The position numbers and the translations under genes are program-made. A stretch of 64,000 nucleotides of DNA from Clostridiales bacterium. GTDB lineage: Bacteria; Bacillota; Clostridia; Lachnospirales; CAG-274. The stretch spans positions 4,306 through 68,305 of the forward strand of contig JAJQFB010000002.1 of NCBI GenBank assembly GCA_021201395.1, given 5' to 3'. The notes under the pieces were generated by a model, which was not told where the DNA came from, did not search any database, and worked only from the letters and a program-made list of their open reading frames with translations. Shown here piece after piece: positions 9,447 to 19,696 of this stretch (its first letter is position 1; every line of letters starts with the position of its first letter).

Positions 9447-10574
9447 ATGTATACGAGAAATACCCATTCCTTTGATTTTCTGCTTGTTTTGTTGGTTGCC
9501 GCCCTTGCAGGCTGCGGCATAGTGGCAATAAGCAGCGCAACACAAACGAATATATACGGCTTGCAGGGGGAAACGGTCAGCCAGATAATATGGTTTGCAA
9601 CAGGCCTTATACTTATGGTTATAGCCGCCTTTATCGACTATCACCTAATATGCAATCTTTGGATACCTATTTATATACTGAATTCAGCTCTTTTGGTTAT
9701 TGTTTTGATTTTCGGAAGCGGCGACGGTGTGTCAAGATGGATATTCGGGCTTCAGCCTTCGGAATTTGCCAAAATTTTTATTATAATTTGTTTAGCGAAA
9801 TTTATTGACAAATCGGCGGAAAAAATTGATAATATAAGTGTGTTGTTTTTTGCGGGCGTAATGACGGCGGTGCCCTTTATGCTCATAAAAATGCAGCCTT
9901 CTCTCTCGGCCGGTATGGTTATACTTGCCATAGCTTTAATTATGGTTTTCTGCGGAGGTATTAACAAAACCTATATATTTATATGCTTAGGTATCGTTAT
10001 TCCCATAGCCGTAATTTTATTTATAGATGTACTGTCTGAGGATCACATAATTTTAAGCAGGTTCCTTGACGATTACCAAATCACAAGGCTTGTTTCTTTC
10101 CTCTCAACAGACGCCGCAAGCACCGACCCGACGCTTTATCAAACCAAAAATTCTATTTGGGCCATAGGCTCCGGCGGGCTCAGAGGGAAAGGGCTTTACA
10201 ACGGAACAATAAACCAGCTTAATTACCTGCCTGAATCCCATAACGACTTTATTTTTTCCGTTATAGGAGAGGAATTCGGTTTTATAGGCTGTATAGGCAT
10301 CTTAGTCCTGCTTTTTTTGATAATTTCAAAGTGTATTTTTATGGGAATAAATGCCGTTGATAATTTAGGGAGGCTTTTGGCCTGTGGGGTTGCAGGTATG
10401 ATAGCTTTCCAAGCCTTTGTCAATGTAGGCGTGGCGACGGGGGTTTTGCCCAACACCGGTATGCCCCTGCCCTTTGTAAGCTACGGGGGCAGTTCCCTCT
10501 GGGTTAATATGATTGGCATAGGTCTGGTACTCAATGTGGGGATGAATAAACAAAAATCAATATTTGAGGGGTGA
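9447..10574 (+). CDS. rodA: FtsW/RodA/SpoVE family peptidoglycan polymerase (RodA)
   Basis: 10-TM SEDS protein (PESHNDFIFSVIGEEFGFIG, GMPLPFVSYGGSS). Position after minDE. Confidence 0.9.
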   Translation: MYTRNTHSFDFLLVLLVAALAGCGIVAISSATQTNIYGLQGETVSQIIWFATGLILMVIAAFIDYHLICNLWIPIYILNSALLVIVLIFGSGDGVSRWIFGLQPSEFAKIFIIICLAKFIDKSAEKIDNISVLFFAGVMTAVPFMLIKMQPSLSAGMVILAIALIMVFCGGINKTYIFICLGIVIPIAVILFIDVLSEDHIILSRFLDDYQITRLVSFLSTDAASTDPTLYQTKNSIWAIGSGGLRGKGLYNGTINQLNYLPESHNDFIFSVIGEEFGFIGCIGILVLLFLIISKCIFMGINAVDNLGRLLACGVAGMIAFQAFVNVGVATGVLPNTGMPLPFVSYGGSSLWVNMIGIGLVLNVGMNKQKSIFEG

Positions 10575-10580
10575 TTTAAT

Positions 10581-10976
10581 TTGAACATCGCATTAGTAGC
10601 ACACGACAACAAAAAAATTTTAATGGAAAATCTGTGTATAGCCTACAGACATATTCTCTGTAAGCATACCTTATTCGCAACGGGTACGACGGGCACTCTT
10701 GTGGAGGAAGCGGCGAATTTACAGGTAAACAAATATCTTGCGGGTCATTTGGGAGGAGAGGAGCAGCTTTCCGCCCAGATTTCAAGCAATGATACAGATA
10801 TGGTTATTTTCCTGAGAGATCCGGTTGCACCTAAAAACTATGAGCCGGATATACATAGTGCTCTCAGACTCTGCGATATGCACAATATTCCCGTTGCTAC
10901 AAACTTGGCTACGGCGGAGATTCTTCTTTTGGCTCTCGACCGGGGCGACCTTGACTGGAGAAATATTGTAAGATAA
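10581..10976 (+). CDS. mgsA: methylglyoxal synthase-like protein (TTG start)
   Basis: IALVAHDNKK...ATGTTG...GGEEQ...IPVATNLATAE matches the MGS fold. The canonical PH(D/E)PD block reads NYEPD here. Confidence 0.75.
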   Translation: MNIALVAHDNKKILMENLCIAYRHILCKHTLFATGTTGTLVEEAANLQVNKYLAGHLGGEEQLSAQISSNDTDMVIFLRDPVAPKNYEPDIHSALRLCDMHNIPVATNLATAEILLLALDRGDLDWRNIVR

Positions 10977-11254
10977 TGATATTGTATTATGCTTTTATAA
11001 ATATATTTCTTTTTATATTAATGGGAATCGATAAATACAAAGCGATTCACCGTAAATGGAGAATACCTGAAGCCTCTCTTTTCGTTTTGGCTTTTTTGGG
11101 AGGCCCTGTGGGAGGTTTTATCGGTATGTTCATTTTCAGGCACAAAATAAGGAAGCCTAAGTTTTACTTCCTGTTTACACTTGCCTTTCTTCTTCATCTG
11201 TGTCTGCTGCTAAATTACATAAGACTCCTCGGAACGGTTTTGATTTTAAGATGA
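10976..11254 (+). CDS. DUF1294 family membrane protein
   Basis: GIDKYKAIHRKWRIPE...GGPVGGFIGMFIFRHKIRK is the pattern I associate with DUF1294. Confidence 0.7.
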   Translation: MILYYAFINIFLFILMGIDKYKAIHRKWRIPEASLFVLAFLGGPVGGFIGMFIFRHKIRKPKFYFLFTLAFLLHLCLLLNYIRLLGTVLILR

Positions 11255-11300
11255 TAACATTTTCAAAAGCTTTTCGGTTTATTTTTCAGATAGTTTATAT

Positions 11301-11334
11301 AAAAAAGAGAGCGGGATTTTCCACTCTCTTTTTT
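11301..11334. terminator. bidirectional rho-independent terminator
   Basis: AAAAAAGAGAG-loop-CTCTCTTTTTT lies between the convergent DUF1294 (+) and xylB (-) genes. Confidence 0.6.
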
Positions 11335-11400
11335 ATATAAGTATTTATTATATCCGCATTGTATTAATGTCTTTTGTTTTCGGCAGTTCTGCGGTATTCA

Positions 11401-12897
11401 TTAATTGAGGGCTTCCTTAATGAGCTTAAAGTTTTCCTTGTTTGTTTTATAGAGCCTGCGGAAAACGGGATAAAATTTTTTATAGGCTTCGGTGTTTTCG
11501 GAGGGGTTTATTTCTCTTACAACCTTTACCTTGCCGCCGTTTGCTCCTTCAAAGTCAGCCGCTGCTCCGGAGCCCACAAGGGCTATAAGAGCCGCACCGT
11601 AGGAGGGGCCTTCGGAGATATTCAAAACCTTAAGAGGCTTGTTCAGTATATCCGAACAAATCTGACCCCAGAGCTTCGATTTTGCGCCGCCGCCGGTTAT
11701 AAAAATTTCATCGAGGCTTGTAAACTTTATAACCTCCTCATACATATCTTTCACGGCATAGCCTACCCCCTCCATAACGGAGCGGATAATATTTCCTTTT
11801 TCACAGCCCCCGAAGATGCCTATAAAAGCTCCCTTGGCGTCAGGGTCGTTATGGGGCGAGCGTTCGCCGAAAAGATAGGGCAGGAAGAAAAGGCCGCCGC
11901 TGCCTGCCGGGGCAGCTTCCGCCAGGACGTTTAAATCGTCAAAGGAAAGGTTCTCGAAAAATGTTCTTTTTGTCCAGTTAAGAGCCTCTCCTGCACAGAG
12001 CATACAGCCCATAGCGTAGCGGCTGTTTGGGGCTGAGTAGTTAAAAAGATGAACGCCGCCGGTTACCTCGGAGTTTATTTCCCCTACATAGCCTATAACC
12101 GTGCCGCTGGTGCCTATGCTTATTACGCCCTGACCTTCCTTTACAACTCCGTTTCCTATAGCGGCGCAGCTGTTGTCGGCGCCTCCCGATATAACCTTAC
12201 AGCCCGGTTCAAGCCCCAGTTCCTTACAGAGCTCCGGCTTAACCTCTCCCACAAGGCCTGTTGAGGGTATAACCTCCGGCAGAATTTCGGGGGAAAGGTC
12301 TGTTTTTTTACACAGCTCTGTTGACCAACGTGTGTTTTTAACATCAAAGAGCAGGGTTCCGGCCGCATCGGAAACGTCTGTTTTTATATTGCCGCTTAAC
12401 ATAAAATTTATGTAGTCCTTAGGCATTATAACCTTGTTTACTTTAGCGTAGTTTTCCGGCTCGTTTTCCTTAAGCCATAAAATTTTGGGAAGAGTAAAGC
12501 CCTCTAAAGCCGAATTACAGGTCATATCAAGAAGCTCTTTGACCCCCCCGGCCATTTCGACTATTTCCTTTGTCTGGGCTGTTGTTCTTGTGTCGTTCCA
12601 CAATATGGCCGGACGTATTACCTCATTACTGCCGTCTAAAAAAACAGACGAGTGCATCTGGCCCGAAACCGCCGTTGCGGTTATATTGCCTTTGGCTTCG
12701 GGGTTTTTATCCGTAAGCTCTTTTAAGGCCTTAAGAGTATTTTCCCACCAAACCTCAGGCTTTTGTTCAACTCTGCCGCCGGAGTAAAAATCAGGGGTGT
12801 AGCCTGCCTGTGCGGAGGAAACTATGTGTCCGTCGTGACCTACAAGCAGGGTCTTTACACCGCTTGTTCCCAAATCTATTCCTATTACATACTTCAT
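11401..12897 (-). CDS. xylB: xylulokinase (FGGY carbohydrate kinase)
   Basis: MKYVIGIDLGTSGVKTLLV, FGGY family blocks, 498 aa. Confidence 0.85.
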   Translation of the reverse strand: MKYVIGIDLGTSGVKTLLVGHDGHIVSSAQAGYTPDFYSGGRVEQKPEVWWENTLKALKELTDKNPEAKGNITATAVSGQMHSSVFLDGSNEVIRPAILWNDTRTTAQTKEIVEMAGGVKELLDMTCNSALEGFTLPKILWLKENEPENYAKVNKVIMPKDYINFMLSGNIKTDVSDAAGTLLFDVKNTRWSTELCKKTDLSPEILPEVIPSTGLVGEVKPELCKELGLEPGCKVISGGADNSCAAIGNGVVKEGQGVISIGTSGTVIGYVGEINSEVTGGVHLFNYSAPNSRYAMGCMLCAGEALNWTKRTFFENLSFDDLNVLAEAAPAGSGGLFFLPYLFGERSPHNDPDAKGAFIGIFGGCEKGNIIRSVMEGVGYAVKDMYEEVIKFTSLDEIFITGGGAKSKLWGQICSDILNKPLKVLNISEGPSYGAALIALVGSGAAADFEGANGGKVKVVREINPSENTEAYKKFYPVFRRLYKTNKENFKLIKEALN

Positions 12898-12928
12898 AAA
12901 AATGCCTCCCTTATGTTTTTATTTATGC

Positions 12929-13327
12929 CTATTCAGAGGGCACAAGATTTTCTATTGCCTTAAGCTCCTGGGCTATAATGCTTTTGGGGGTTATGACACA
13001 AACCATATTGTGGGTGTTTACCCCTACAAAGCTTCCCGTAAAGGCTTTGCTGTTTGAAAGAGTTATTTTAACCGACATTCCCCTCCGAAAAGTTATGCCC
13101 TTATACTCTATTACCTCTATGGGAAAAAGCTTGTGGCACCTTTCTATAATTTCCTTTGTTTCATAGAGCCTTGCGGTTATAACAGGCATAACCCTCATCA
13201 TTCTGCGGAATTTTATAAAGCTTAAAATCACCCACGTAAAAAGCAGTGAAATAAAGGCACTGTAAAAAATGTTTTGTATGTTTATTATAAACATATACTT
13301 TCCTATGTTTAAAACATATCCGCTCAA
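12929..13327 (-). CDS. hypothetical membrane-anchored protein
   Basis: 132 aa with one N-terminal TM segment. Its start overlaps the stop of the upstream DUF815 gene by 4 nt (translational coupling). No motif recognised. Confidence 0.5.
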   Translation of the reverse strand: MSGYVLNIGKYMFIINIQNIFYSAFISLLFTWVILSFIKFRRMMRVMPVITARLYETKEIIERCHKLFPIEVIEYKGITFRRGMSVKITLSNSKAFTGSFVGVNTHNMVCVITPKSIIAQELKAIENLVPSE

Positions 13328-14451
13328 TTTAATTCACCTCCGCAGAGCCAGGCGTCCATAAAGTGTTTGGCTGTTCTTCCGGAGCGGCCTCCGGCTGAAA
13401 GCTCATAGGCGTTTGCCGCTTTTATAAGATTTTCGTCCGCTTCTATTCCCTTTTCAGCTGCAATGCCCCTTACTATTTCAATATATTCCTTGGGGCTCGG
13501 GAGGAGGAAAGTAAGCTTAAGGCCGAATCTGTCGGAGAGGGAAACCTTTTCGTTAAGCTGATCCATAGTGTGGATTTCGCCCCTCTGGGACATATCCCCT
13601 CTGTCCTCCCATTTTTCGGCTATAATATGCCTGCGGTTTGAGGTAACATAGAATATAACGTTTGAGGGCTTGGCCTCTGCACTTCCCTCTAAAACGCTCT
13701 TTAAGTATTTGTACGATGAATCGTCTGCTTCAAAGGATAAATCGTCTATAAAAATTATGAATTTAAAGCCCCGTTCCGAAAGCTTGGGCATAAGCTCCGG
13801 CAGGAAGTGGAGCTTGTCTTTTGAAACCTCTATAAGCCGCAGCCCCCGGTCCTTATACATATTTATAAGAGCCTTAACAGAGGAGGATTTTCCCGTTCCC
13901 CTTGCCCCCGTAAGCAGGGCGTTTCTGGCAGGCTTTCCGCTTAAAAAGGCAAGGGTGTTTGCCTTAAGCTCTTCAAACTGGTATTTGTAGCAGAAAAGAC
14001 TTTCAAAGGTTATGGGGTCGAAGCCTTTAACGGGAACAACCTTTCCCTCTCTGTTAAGACGGAAACCCCTGTAAAGAGACAGTTCTCCGCAGCCTCTTTT
14101 ACTGTAAAATTCCGCAAGACGGCAGGTTAAGTCCTCAGGGGATTTAAAGCCCAAAAATTCCTCTGTTATATCCTCCTTGCAGGGGATAAGGGGAGTATAG
14201 TCCTTAAAAAACTCTTTACCCTCATATTCTCTGTATTCCTCCAAAAGCTCCGCCGTTTCGTGACAGGCAAGCCTGTAAAGGCCTGAATCTTCTTTCATAA
14301 GGCCTCTTTCACAGCTTAGTGAAAATATATTTTCAGAGGTTATAAGCTCATAGATTACATACTTTAAAACAATGTCGCCCGAAAAGCCGAATTTCTCGGC
14401 AAACTCCGCAAAGTTTACCATTTCAAGCTCCTTAAGGTTATAAATGTACAC
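13324..14451 (-). CDS. DUF815-type AAA ATPase
   Basis: Walker A LLTGARGTGKSS and Walker B IIFIDDLSF. The overall layout matches what I recall for the ATPase (AAA+) DUF815 family. Confidence 0.75.
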   Translation of the reverse strand: MYIYNLKELEMVNFAEFAEKFGFSGDIVLKYVIYELITSENIFSLSCERGLMKEDSGLYRLACHETAELLEEYREYEGKEFFKDYTPLIPCKEDITEEFLGFKSPEDLTCRLAEFYSKRGCGELSLYRGFRLNREGKVVPVKGFDPITFESLFCYKYQFEELKANTLAFLSGKPARNALLTGARGTGKSSSVKALINMYKDRGLRLIEVSKDKLHFLPELMPKLSERGFKFIIFIDDLSFEADDSSYKYLKSVLEGSAEAKPSNVIFYVTSNRRHIIAEKWEDRGDMSQRGEIHTMDQLNEKVSLSDRFGLKLTFLLPSPKEYIEIVRGIAAEKGIEADENLIKAANAYELSAGGRSGRTAKHFMDAWLCGGELN

Positions 14452-14466
14452 TTTTACTTCCCCCTC

Positions 14467-15561
14467 TTAAACGTTAAATCTGAAAAGGACAACATCTCCG
14501 TCTTTAAAGACATAGTCTTTTCCCTCGCTTCTGTAAAGGCCTGCTTCCTTTGCGGCTGTTACGGAACCCAGTCTTACAAGGTCGTCATATGTAACGACCT
14601 CAGCCCTTATAAAGCCCTTTTCAAAATCGGAGTGAATTTTTCCGGCTGCCTTGGGGGCTTTTGTTCCCTCTTTGATTGTCCAGGCACGGCACTCCTTTTC
14701 GCCGGCGGTTAAATAGCTCATAAGCCCCAAAAGCTTATAGCTTGCGGCAATAAGCCTGTCAAGGCCGCTTTCTTTAAGACCCAGTTCCTCTAAAAACTCC
14801 GCCTTTTCCTCAGGCTCCAGCCCGGCTATTTCCTCCTCTATTTTGGCGCAGATTACAAAAACGCCGTCACCTGTTTCCTCTGCATGAACCTTTACGGCCT
14901 TTGTGTATTCGTTTTCGCCGCCCTCTAAAAGGCAGTCCTCGTCTACGTTTGCCGCATAGAGAACGGGCTTAAGGGTTAAAAGATTAAGACTTTCGGCTAT
15001 TTCGGTCTCTTCTTCGTCTGAAAAATCAAGGGTTCTCGGAGATATGCCCTCCTGTAAGGCGGCCTGAATTTTCTTTAAAACCTCAGCCTCTTTTTTAAGG
15101 GACTTGTCGCTCATAGACTGTTTAACAACCTTTGAAAGCCGCCTTTCTATTATTTCAAGGTCTGAAAGCATAAGCTCCATATCTATGGTGTCTATGTCGG
15201 CTATAGGGTCAACTTTCGCCTCTACGTGAATAATGTTTGAGTCCTCAAAGCACCTTACAACGTGAACAACGGCGTCAACCTCACGGATATGGGAAAGAAA
15301 TTTGTTTCCTAAGCCTTCGCCCTTTGAAGCCCCTTTGACAAGGCCTGCAATATCCACAAATTCTATAACCGCAGGTGTTATCTTTTTCGTTTTATACATC
15401 TCTCCCAGAACGTCGAGCCTCTTGTCGGGAACGGCAACGACCCCTACGTTCGGGTCAATCGTACAGAAGGGGTAGTTAGCCGCTTCCGCACCGCCTCCGG
15501 CAAGGGAATTAAACAGCGTACTCTTTCCCACGTTCGGAAGCCCTACAATACCTAATTTCAT
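14467..15561 (-). CDS. ychF: redox-regulated ribosome-binding ATPase YchF
   Basis: [21 protein letters not shown]-like C-terminus. The ORF-track start is trimmed to the Met at 15561. Confidence 0.95.
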   Translation of the reverse strand: MKLGIVGLPNVGKSTLFNSLAGGGAEAANYPFCTIDPNVGVVAVPDKRLDVLGEMYKTKKITPAVIEFVDIAGLVKGASKGEGLGNKFLSHIREVDAVVHVVRCFEDSNIIHVEAKVDPIADIDTIDMELMLSDLEIIERRLSKVVKQSMSDKSLKKEAEVLKKIQAALQEGISPRTLDFSDEEETEIAESLNLLTLKPVLYAANVDEDCLLEGGENEYTKAVKVHAEETGDGVFVICAKIEEEIAGLEPEEKAEFLEELGLKESGLDRLIAASYKLLGLMSYLTAGEKECRAWTIKEGTKAPKAAGKIHSDFEKGFIRAEVVTYDDLVRLGSVTAAKEAGLYRSEGKDYVFKDGDVVLFRFNV

Positions 15562-15634
15562 ATAAATTTTCCTTTCATCTAAAATATAAAACGGCATTAC
15601 AATTAATGCCACTTTATATGGCTTTTATAAGCAA

Positions 15635-15817
15635 TTATGAATTTTTTCCCGCAATAAAGCCCATAAGCAGACCGTTAATGAAAACTGCCCCTATAGCTGC
15701 GCACAAAACCGCAACAACCTTTGACTTGTCTTTTTTGGGAATAACAACACAGTTTTTCTTAGGGTCTTCCTTGACTTCCTTTGCCTTGTTTCTGTAATGT
15801 ACTCTTGCTCTTGCCAT
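15635..15817 (-). CDS. small tail-anchored membrane protein (hypothetical)
   Basis: MARARVHYRNKAKEVKEDPKK... followed by one C-terminal TM helix. The start is chosen at the internal Met, so the call is uncertain. Confidence 0.4.
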   Translation of the reverse strand: MARARVHYRNKAKEVKEDPKKNCVVIPKKDKSKVVAVLCAAIGAVFINGLLMGFIAGKNS

Positions 15818-16030
15818 TTTAAAAAATGCCTCCTTTTTTATTATATACGGAATTTTACCGCTTTGTTTTGTTTCCAAATGAATTTTCAACTTTTATTTTA
15901 TTATATCACATAGTTTTTCTTTTTAAAAGAGATTTTATGAAATTTTTTCAAATTTTTATGGAAAAATCTTCTGAAGTGGTTTATACTATATGGAGAAAGG
16001 AAAGAATTTACGGAATATGGGAGGTAAGCT

Positions 16031-16561
16031 ATGTATAAAAGGATAAAAAGAGAGGATATATTTAAGGGCAGGATTATAGATGTAAAGGTGGATACGGTTA
16101 TACTGCCAAACGGCAGGGAAGCTGAGAGAGAGGTCGTGTTCCATAACGACGCTTCGGCCATAGTGGCGGAGGACGAACAGGGCAGACTCATATTCGTCCG
16201 CCAGTACAGACACCCTATAGAAAAGGAAATCATAGAAATTCCGGCAGGGATATGCGAGCCGGGGGAGGACCCTAAAGTGTGCGCCTTAAGGGAGCTTGAA
16301 GAGGAAACCTCCTATAAGGCAGGGAAGATTGAACACCTGACAAGCTTTCAAACTTCGGCAGGCTTTTCAAACGAGGTTATACACATATACCTCTGCTCTG
16401 AGCTTACAAAAGGCAGCTATAATTTCGACGAGGACGAATTTCTGACGGACTGCCGTTACAGCTTAGAAGAGGCCGTTAATATGATTTTTTCGGGGAAAAT
16501 AACAGACAGCAAAACAATAATAGGGATACTGTGTTATAAAGAATATTTAAGGAAACGATGA
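16031..16561 (+). CDS. nudF: NUDIX hydrolase (ADP-ribose pyrophosphatase-like)
   Basis: Nudix box GICEPGEDPKVCALRELEEETSY. The last codons and the stop are supplied by the repeat element beginning at 16547. Confidence 0.8.
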   Translation: MYKRIKREDIFKGRIIDVKVDTVILPNGREAEREVVFHNDASAIVAEDEQGRLIFVRQYRHPIEKEIIEIPAGICEPGEDPKVCALRELEEETSYKAGKIEHLTSFQTSAGFSNEVIHIYLCSELTKGSYNFDEDEFLTDCRYSLEEAVNMIFSGKITDSKTIIGILCYKEYLRKR

Positions 16562-16714
16562 TTAATTTGCCGAAGCAGATTTGCCGCAGATTTTTTCGAG
16601 TGCAAGGAAAGCATTTGAGGGCGCAGCCGGAGCCTACGCTGAAAATGCGTGACGAAGCAATCGGAAAAATAGGCGGTGAAGCTGTGAAGAGCTAATTAAT
16701 CAGCGGTTCCTTAA
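16547..16714 (-). mobile_element. MITE-like palindromic repeat, copy 1 (subfamily A; the strand only indicates orientation relative to copies 3-5)
   Basis: TTAAGGAAACGATGATTAATT...AATTAATCAGCGGTTCCTTAA, 168 bp, repeated elsewhere in the window. Confidence 0.8.
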
Positions 16715-16736
16715 AAAGAAAGGCGGAAAAATAACT

Positions 16737-17711
16737 ATGGAATGGAACAAAACTCTTATAAGAACAACAGCCGAGGGAGTTGAAGCGGTATGCGGAGCCC
16801 TTATGGAGGCGGGGATAAACGGAGTTGAAATAGACGACCCTGCCGAGAGAGAGGAATATTTTGAAACACCTTCACAGGACTGGGACTATTTTGACGAGAC
16901 TCTTGCAAAAACCGAGGACAGGGACGTTAAGGTTATATTTTATACAAGTGCAAACCCCTACGGAGAGGAGCTTATGGCTTCCGTCAGGGACAACATAAGC
17001 CGCCTTAAGGCAAGGGATTTCGGCTTAGAGATGGGGAGTCTTAAAATAGAGAGGGAAAACAACCTTGACGATAAAGTGTGGCTTAACAAGTGGAGGGAAT
17101 TTTACAAACCCTTTAACGTAGGAGAGAGACTTTATGTAAAGCCCGTCTGGGAGGAGGCCGCCGCCCCTGAGGAGAGAATAACTCTAACCATAAACCCGGG
17201 AAATGTTTTCGGAACGGGTCTCCACCAAACCACAAGGCTCTGTATGGAAAGGCTTGAAAAATATGTGACCCCCGGAAGCAGAATTTTAGACTTAGGCTGC
17301 GGCAGCGGAATACTTTCCATTGTTTCCCTGCTTTTGGGCGGAAAGTTTGCTTTTGCCGTGGATATAGACGAAAACGCCGTAGACGTGGCCTATGAAAACG
17401 CCGCCTTAAACGGTATAGGGAAAGATAAATATTATGTCACCTCGGGGGACGTTCTCTCCGACAGCGATTTAATAGAGGAAATAGGTGAAAACAGCTTTGA
17501 CATTGTTGCCGCCAATATTGTGGCGGACGTTATAATAGGAATAGCCCCTGCGGCCTACAGGGCGGTTAAGCCGGGAGGAGTCTTTATTTCATCGGGAATT
17601 ATAAAGGACAGGCTTTCCGAGGTTGTTTCGGCTTTGGAAGAAAGCGGCTTTGTTATAACGGACACAAGTGTTAAAGACGAGTGGTGTGCCTTAACGGCGG
17701 AAAAAGGGTGA
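16737..17711 (+). CDS. prmA: ribosomal protein L11 methyltransferase
   Basis: PrmA layout with SAM motif LDLGCGSGILS; followed by rsmE as in many Firmicutes. Confidence 0.9.
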   Translation: MEWNKTLIRTTAEGVEAVCGALMEAGINGVEIDDPAEREEYFETPSQDWDYFDETLAKTEDRDVKVIFYTSANPYGEELMASVRDNISRLKARDFGLEMGSLKIERENNLDDKVWLNKWREFYKPFNVGERLYVKPVWEEAAAPEERITLTINPGNVFGTGLHQTTRLCMERLEKYVTPGSRILDLGCGSGILSIVSLLLGGKFAFAVDIDENAVDVAYENAALNGIGKDKYYVTSGDVLSDSDLIEEIGENSFDIVAANIVADVIIGIAPAAYRAVKPGGVFISSGIIKDRLSEVVSALEESGFVITDTSVKDEWCALTAEKG

Positions 17712-17715
17712 AGCT

Positions 17716-18453
17716 ATGCCTAAATTTTTCACAAGAAAAGAGCTTATAGGGGAAAAAGTTCTTGAAATAAAAGGGGAGGAAGCCCTGCACATAGCCGAGG
17801 TTTTGAGGATAAAGCCCGGAGAGGAAATAACAGTAGGGGACGGAGAGGAAAACGACTATATCTGCCGTGCGGAAAGCGTAAAAAAATCCGCCGTTTTGTG
17901 TGATATAATAGAAAAAAAGAAAAACGAAAACGAGCCGAGGGTCAAAATTACCCTTTTTCAAGCTTTGCCTAAGGGGGATAAAATGGAGACGGTTATACAA
18001 AAATGTGTTGAAATAGGGGTAAGCGAAATTATTCCCGTTGACACAAGAAATTCTATGGTTAAAATAAAGGGTAAGGAAGAGAAGAAGCTTGCAAGGTGGA
18101 ATAAGATAGCCCTGTCGGCGGCGAAGCAGTGCGGACGGGGTATAATTCCAACCGTGAAGCCTCTTATGCCCTTTAAGAAAGCTGTGGACTTTGCCGTGGG
18201 AAGCCTTGAGGGGGTTCTTATTCCCTATGAAAGGGAAGATACTAATTCAATAAAAACCTTTGCGGAGAGTTTTAATGGCAAAAGTTTGGGGATTTTCATA
18301 GGCTCCGAGGGGGGCTTTGGCGAAAGTGAAATAAATTACGCCCTGTCAAAGGGTCTTTTCTCGGTAACAATGGGTAAAAGAATTTTGAGAACGGAAACGG
18401 CAGGCCTTGTTGCTTCCGTAATAATATTATATGAAGCCGGTGATTTAAGTTGA
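17716..18453 (+). CDS. rsmE: 16S rRNA (uracil1498-N3)-methyltransferase
   Basis: RsmE/SPOUT pattern (ITLFQALPKGDKME, IGSEGGF...LGKRILRTETA). Confidence 0.9.
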   Translation: MPKFFTRKELIGEKVLEIKGEEALHIAEVLRIKPGEEITVGDGEENDYICRAESVKKSAVLCDIIEKKKNENEPRVKITLFQALPKGDKMETVIQKCVEIGVSEIIPVDTRNSMVKIKGKEEKKLARWNKIALSAAKQCGRGIIPTVKPLMPFKKAVDFAVGSLEGVLIPYEREDTNSIKTFAESFNGKSLGIFIGSEGGFGESEINYALSKGLFSVTMGKRILRTETAGLVASVIILYEAGDLS

Positions 18454-19580
18454 TATATTTTGATAACGCAGCTACAACAAGAACCTCTGAAAAAGCGGCG
18501 GCGGCCGCAGTTAAAATGATGAGGGAGGTTTACTCGAACCCCTCAAGCCTCCACAGCTTCGGCTTTGACTGTGAAAAGGTTATTACAGAGGCAAAAGCTC
18601 TTATTTTAAAGGCACTTTCCTCAGAGGGAGACCTTGTTTTTACCTCGGGAGGAACGGAAGCCAACAATACCGTAATTTTAGGAACAGCCGAGGCCTATAA
18701 GCGGAAAGGCAGACATTTTATAACCACGAAAGTTGAACACCCTTCCGTTGCAGCATCCTATAAGGAGCTTGAAAGGCAGGGGGCCGAGGTAACATATTTA
18801 AGTCTCGATAATGGCGGAAACATAAGCCTTGACGAGCTTAAAAGCAGTATAAGAGAGGACACCGTTTTGGTAAGCCTTATGGCCGTAAACAACGAAACAG
18901 GCACAGTAAACGACCTGCAAAAAATATACGAAACAATAAAGGCTCAAAATCCTAACACCCTCTATCACGCAGACTGTGTTCAGGCCTTTTGCAAGCACCC
19001 GATAAACGGTAAATTTGCGGATTTTATAACCGTAAGCTCTCATAAAATTTTCGGAACAAAGGGCTGCGGTGCTCTTGTCTTTAAAAAGGGCTTAAGGTTC
19101 AACCCCAGAGTTTTGGGCGGCCATCAGCAGAACGCCCTCCGCCCGGGAACGGAAAACACCCCCGGTATAGCCGCTTTCGGCACCGCCGTGTCAGATTTGT
19201 GTGACAAAATTCCCGAAAACTATGAAAGGGTAAAGGCCGTTAAGGATAGGCTTCTTAAAATAACGGAAATTCTCCCCGACATAGACGTAAACGGTGAAAA
19301 CACTTCCCCCTACATATTGAATTTAAGCTTTAAAGGGGTCAGGGGTGAAGTTCTGCTCCATGCCCTTGAGGACAGGGGAATTTACGTTTCCACCGGCTCC
19401 GCCTGCTCTTCAAAGGCAAAGAAAAACGAAAACACAGTTGCTAAAATTTGGGGAGTCCTTAGAGGAAGCTCCGCCGTCAGGTTCAGCTTTTCCTCGGAAA
19501 ACACCGCCGAAGAGGCGGACGAGGTCTTAAAAGCTTTAACAGAGCTTGTCCCCATACTCAGAAAATTCCAAAGACACTGA
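18450..19580 (+). CDS. cysteine desulfurase (NifS/IscS class V aminotransferase)
   Basis: PLP lysine block SSHKIFG and catalytic Cys block STGSACSS. TTG start overlapping the rsmE stop. Confidence 0.9.
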   Translation: MIYFDNAATTRTSEKAAAAAVKMMREVYSNPSSLHSFGFDCEKVITEAKALILKALSSEGDLVFTSGGTEANNTVILGTAEAYKRKGRHFITTKVEHPSVAASYKELERQGAEVTYLSLDNGGNISLDELKSSIREDTVLVSLMAVNNETGTVNDLQKIYETIKAQNPNTLYHADCVQAFCKHPINGKFADFITVSSHKIFGTKGCGALVFKKGLRFNPRVLGGHQQNALRPGTENTPGIAAFGTAVSDLCDKIPENYERVKAVKDRLLKITEILPDIDVNGENTSPYILNLSFKGVRGEVLLHALEDRGIYVSTGSACSSKAKKNENTVAKIWGVLRGSSAVRFSFSSENTAEEADEVLKALTELVPILRKFQRH

Positions 19581-19667
19581 AGCTTTTTAATATTTTTTCG
19601 CGTATTTTAGTTTACCTTTTAATTAAAATTTTCGGTAAAAAAAGTTCGGCGAAAAAATATATTTCCG

Positions 19668-19696
19668 TTGAAAAAAATGTCCTCATGAATTATAAT
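19668..19696 (+). promoter_or_regulatory. sigma-A-type promoter upstream of the DUF1275 gene
   Basis: TTGAAA (19668-19673), 17-nt spacer, TATAAT (19691-19696). Confidence 0.45.
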
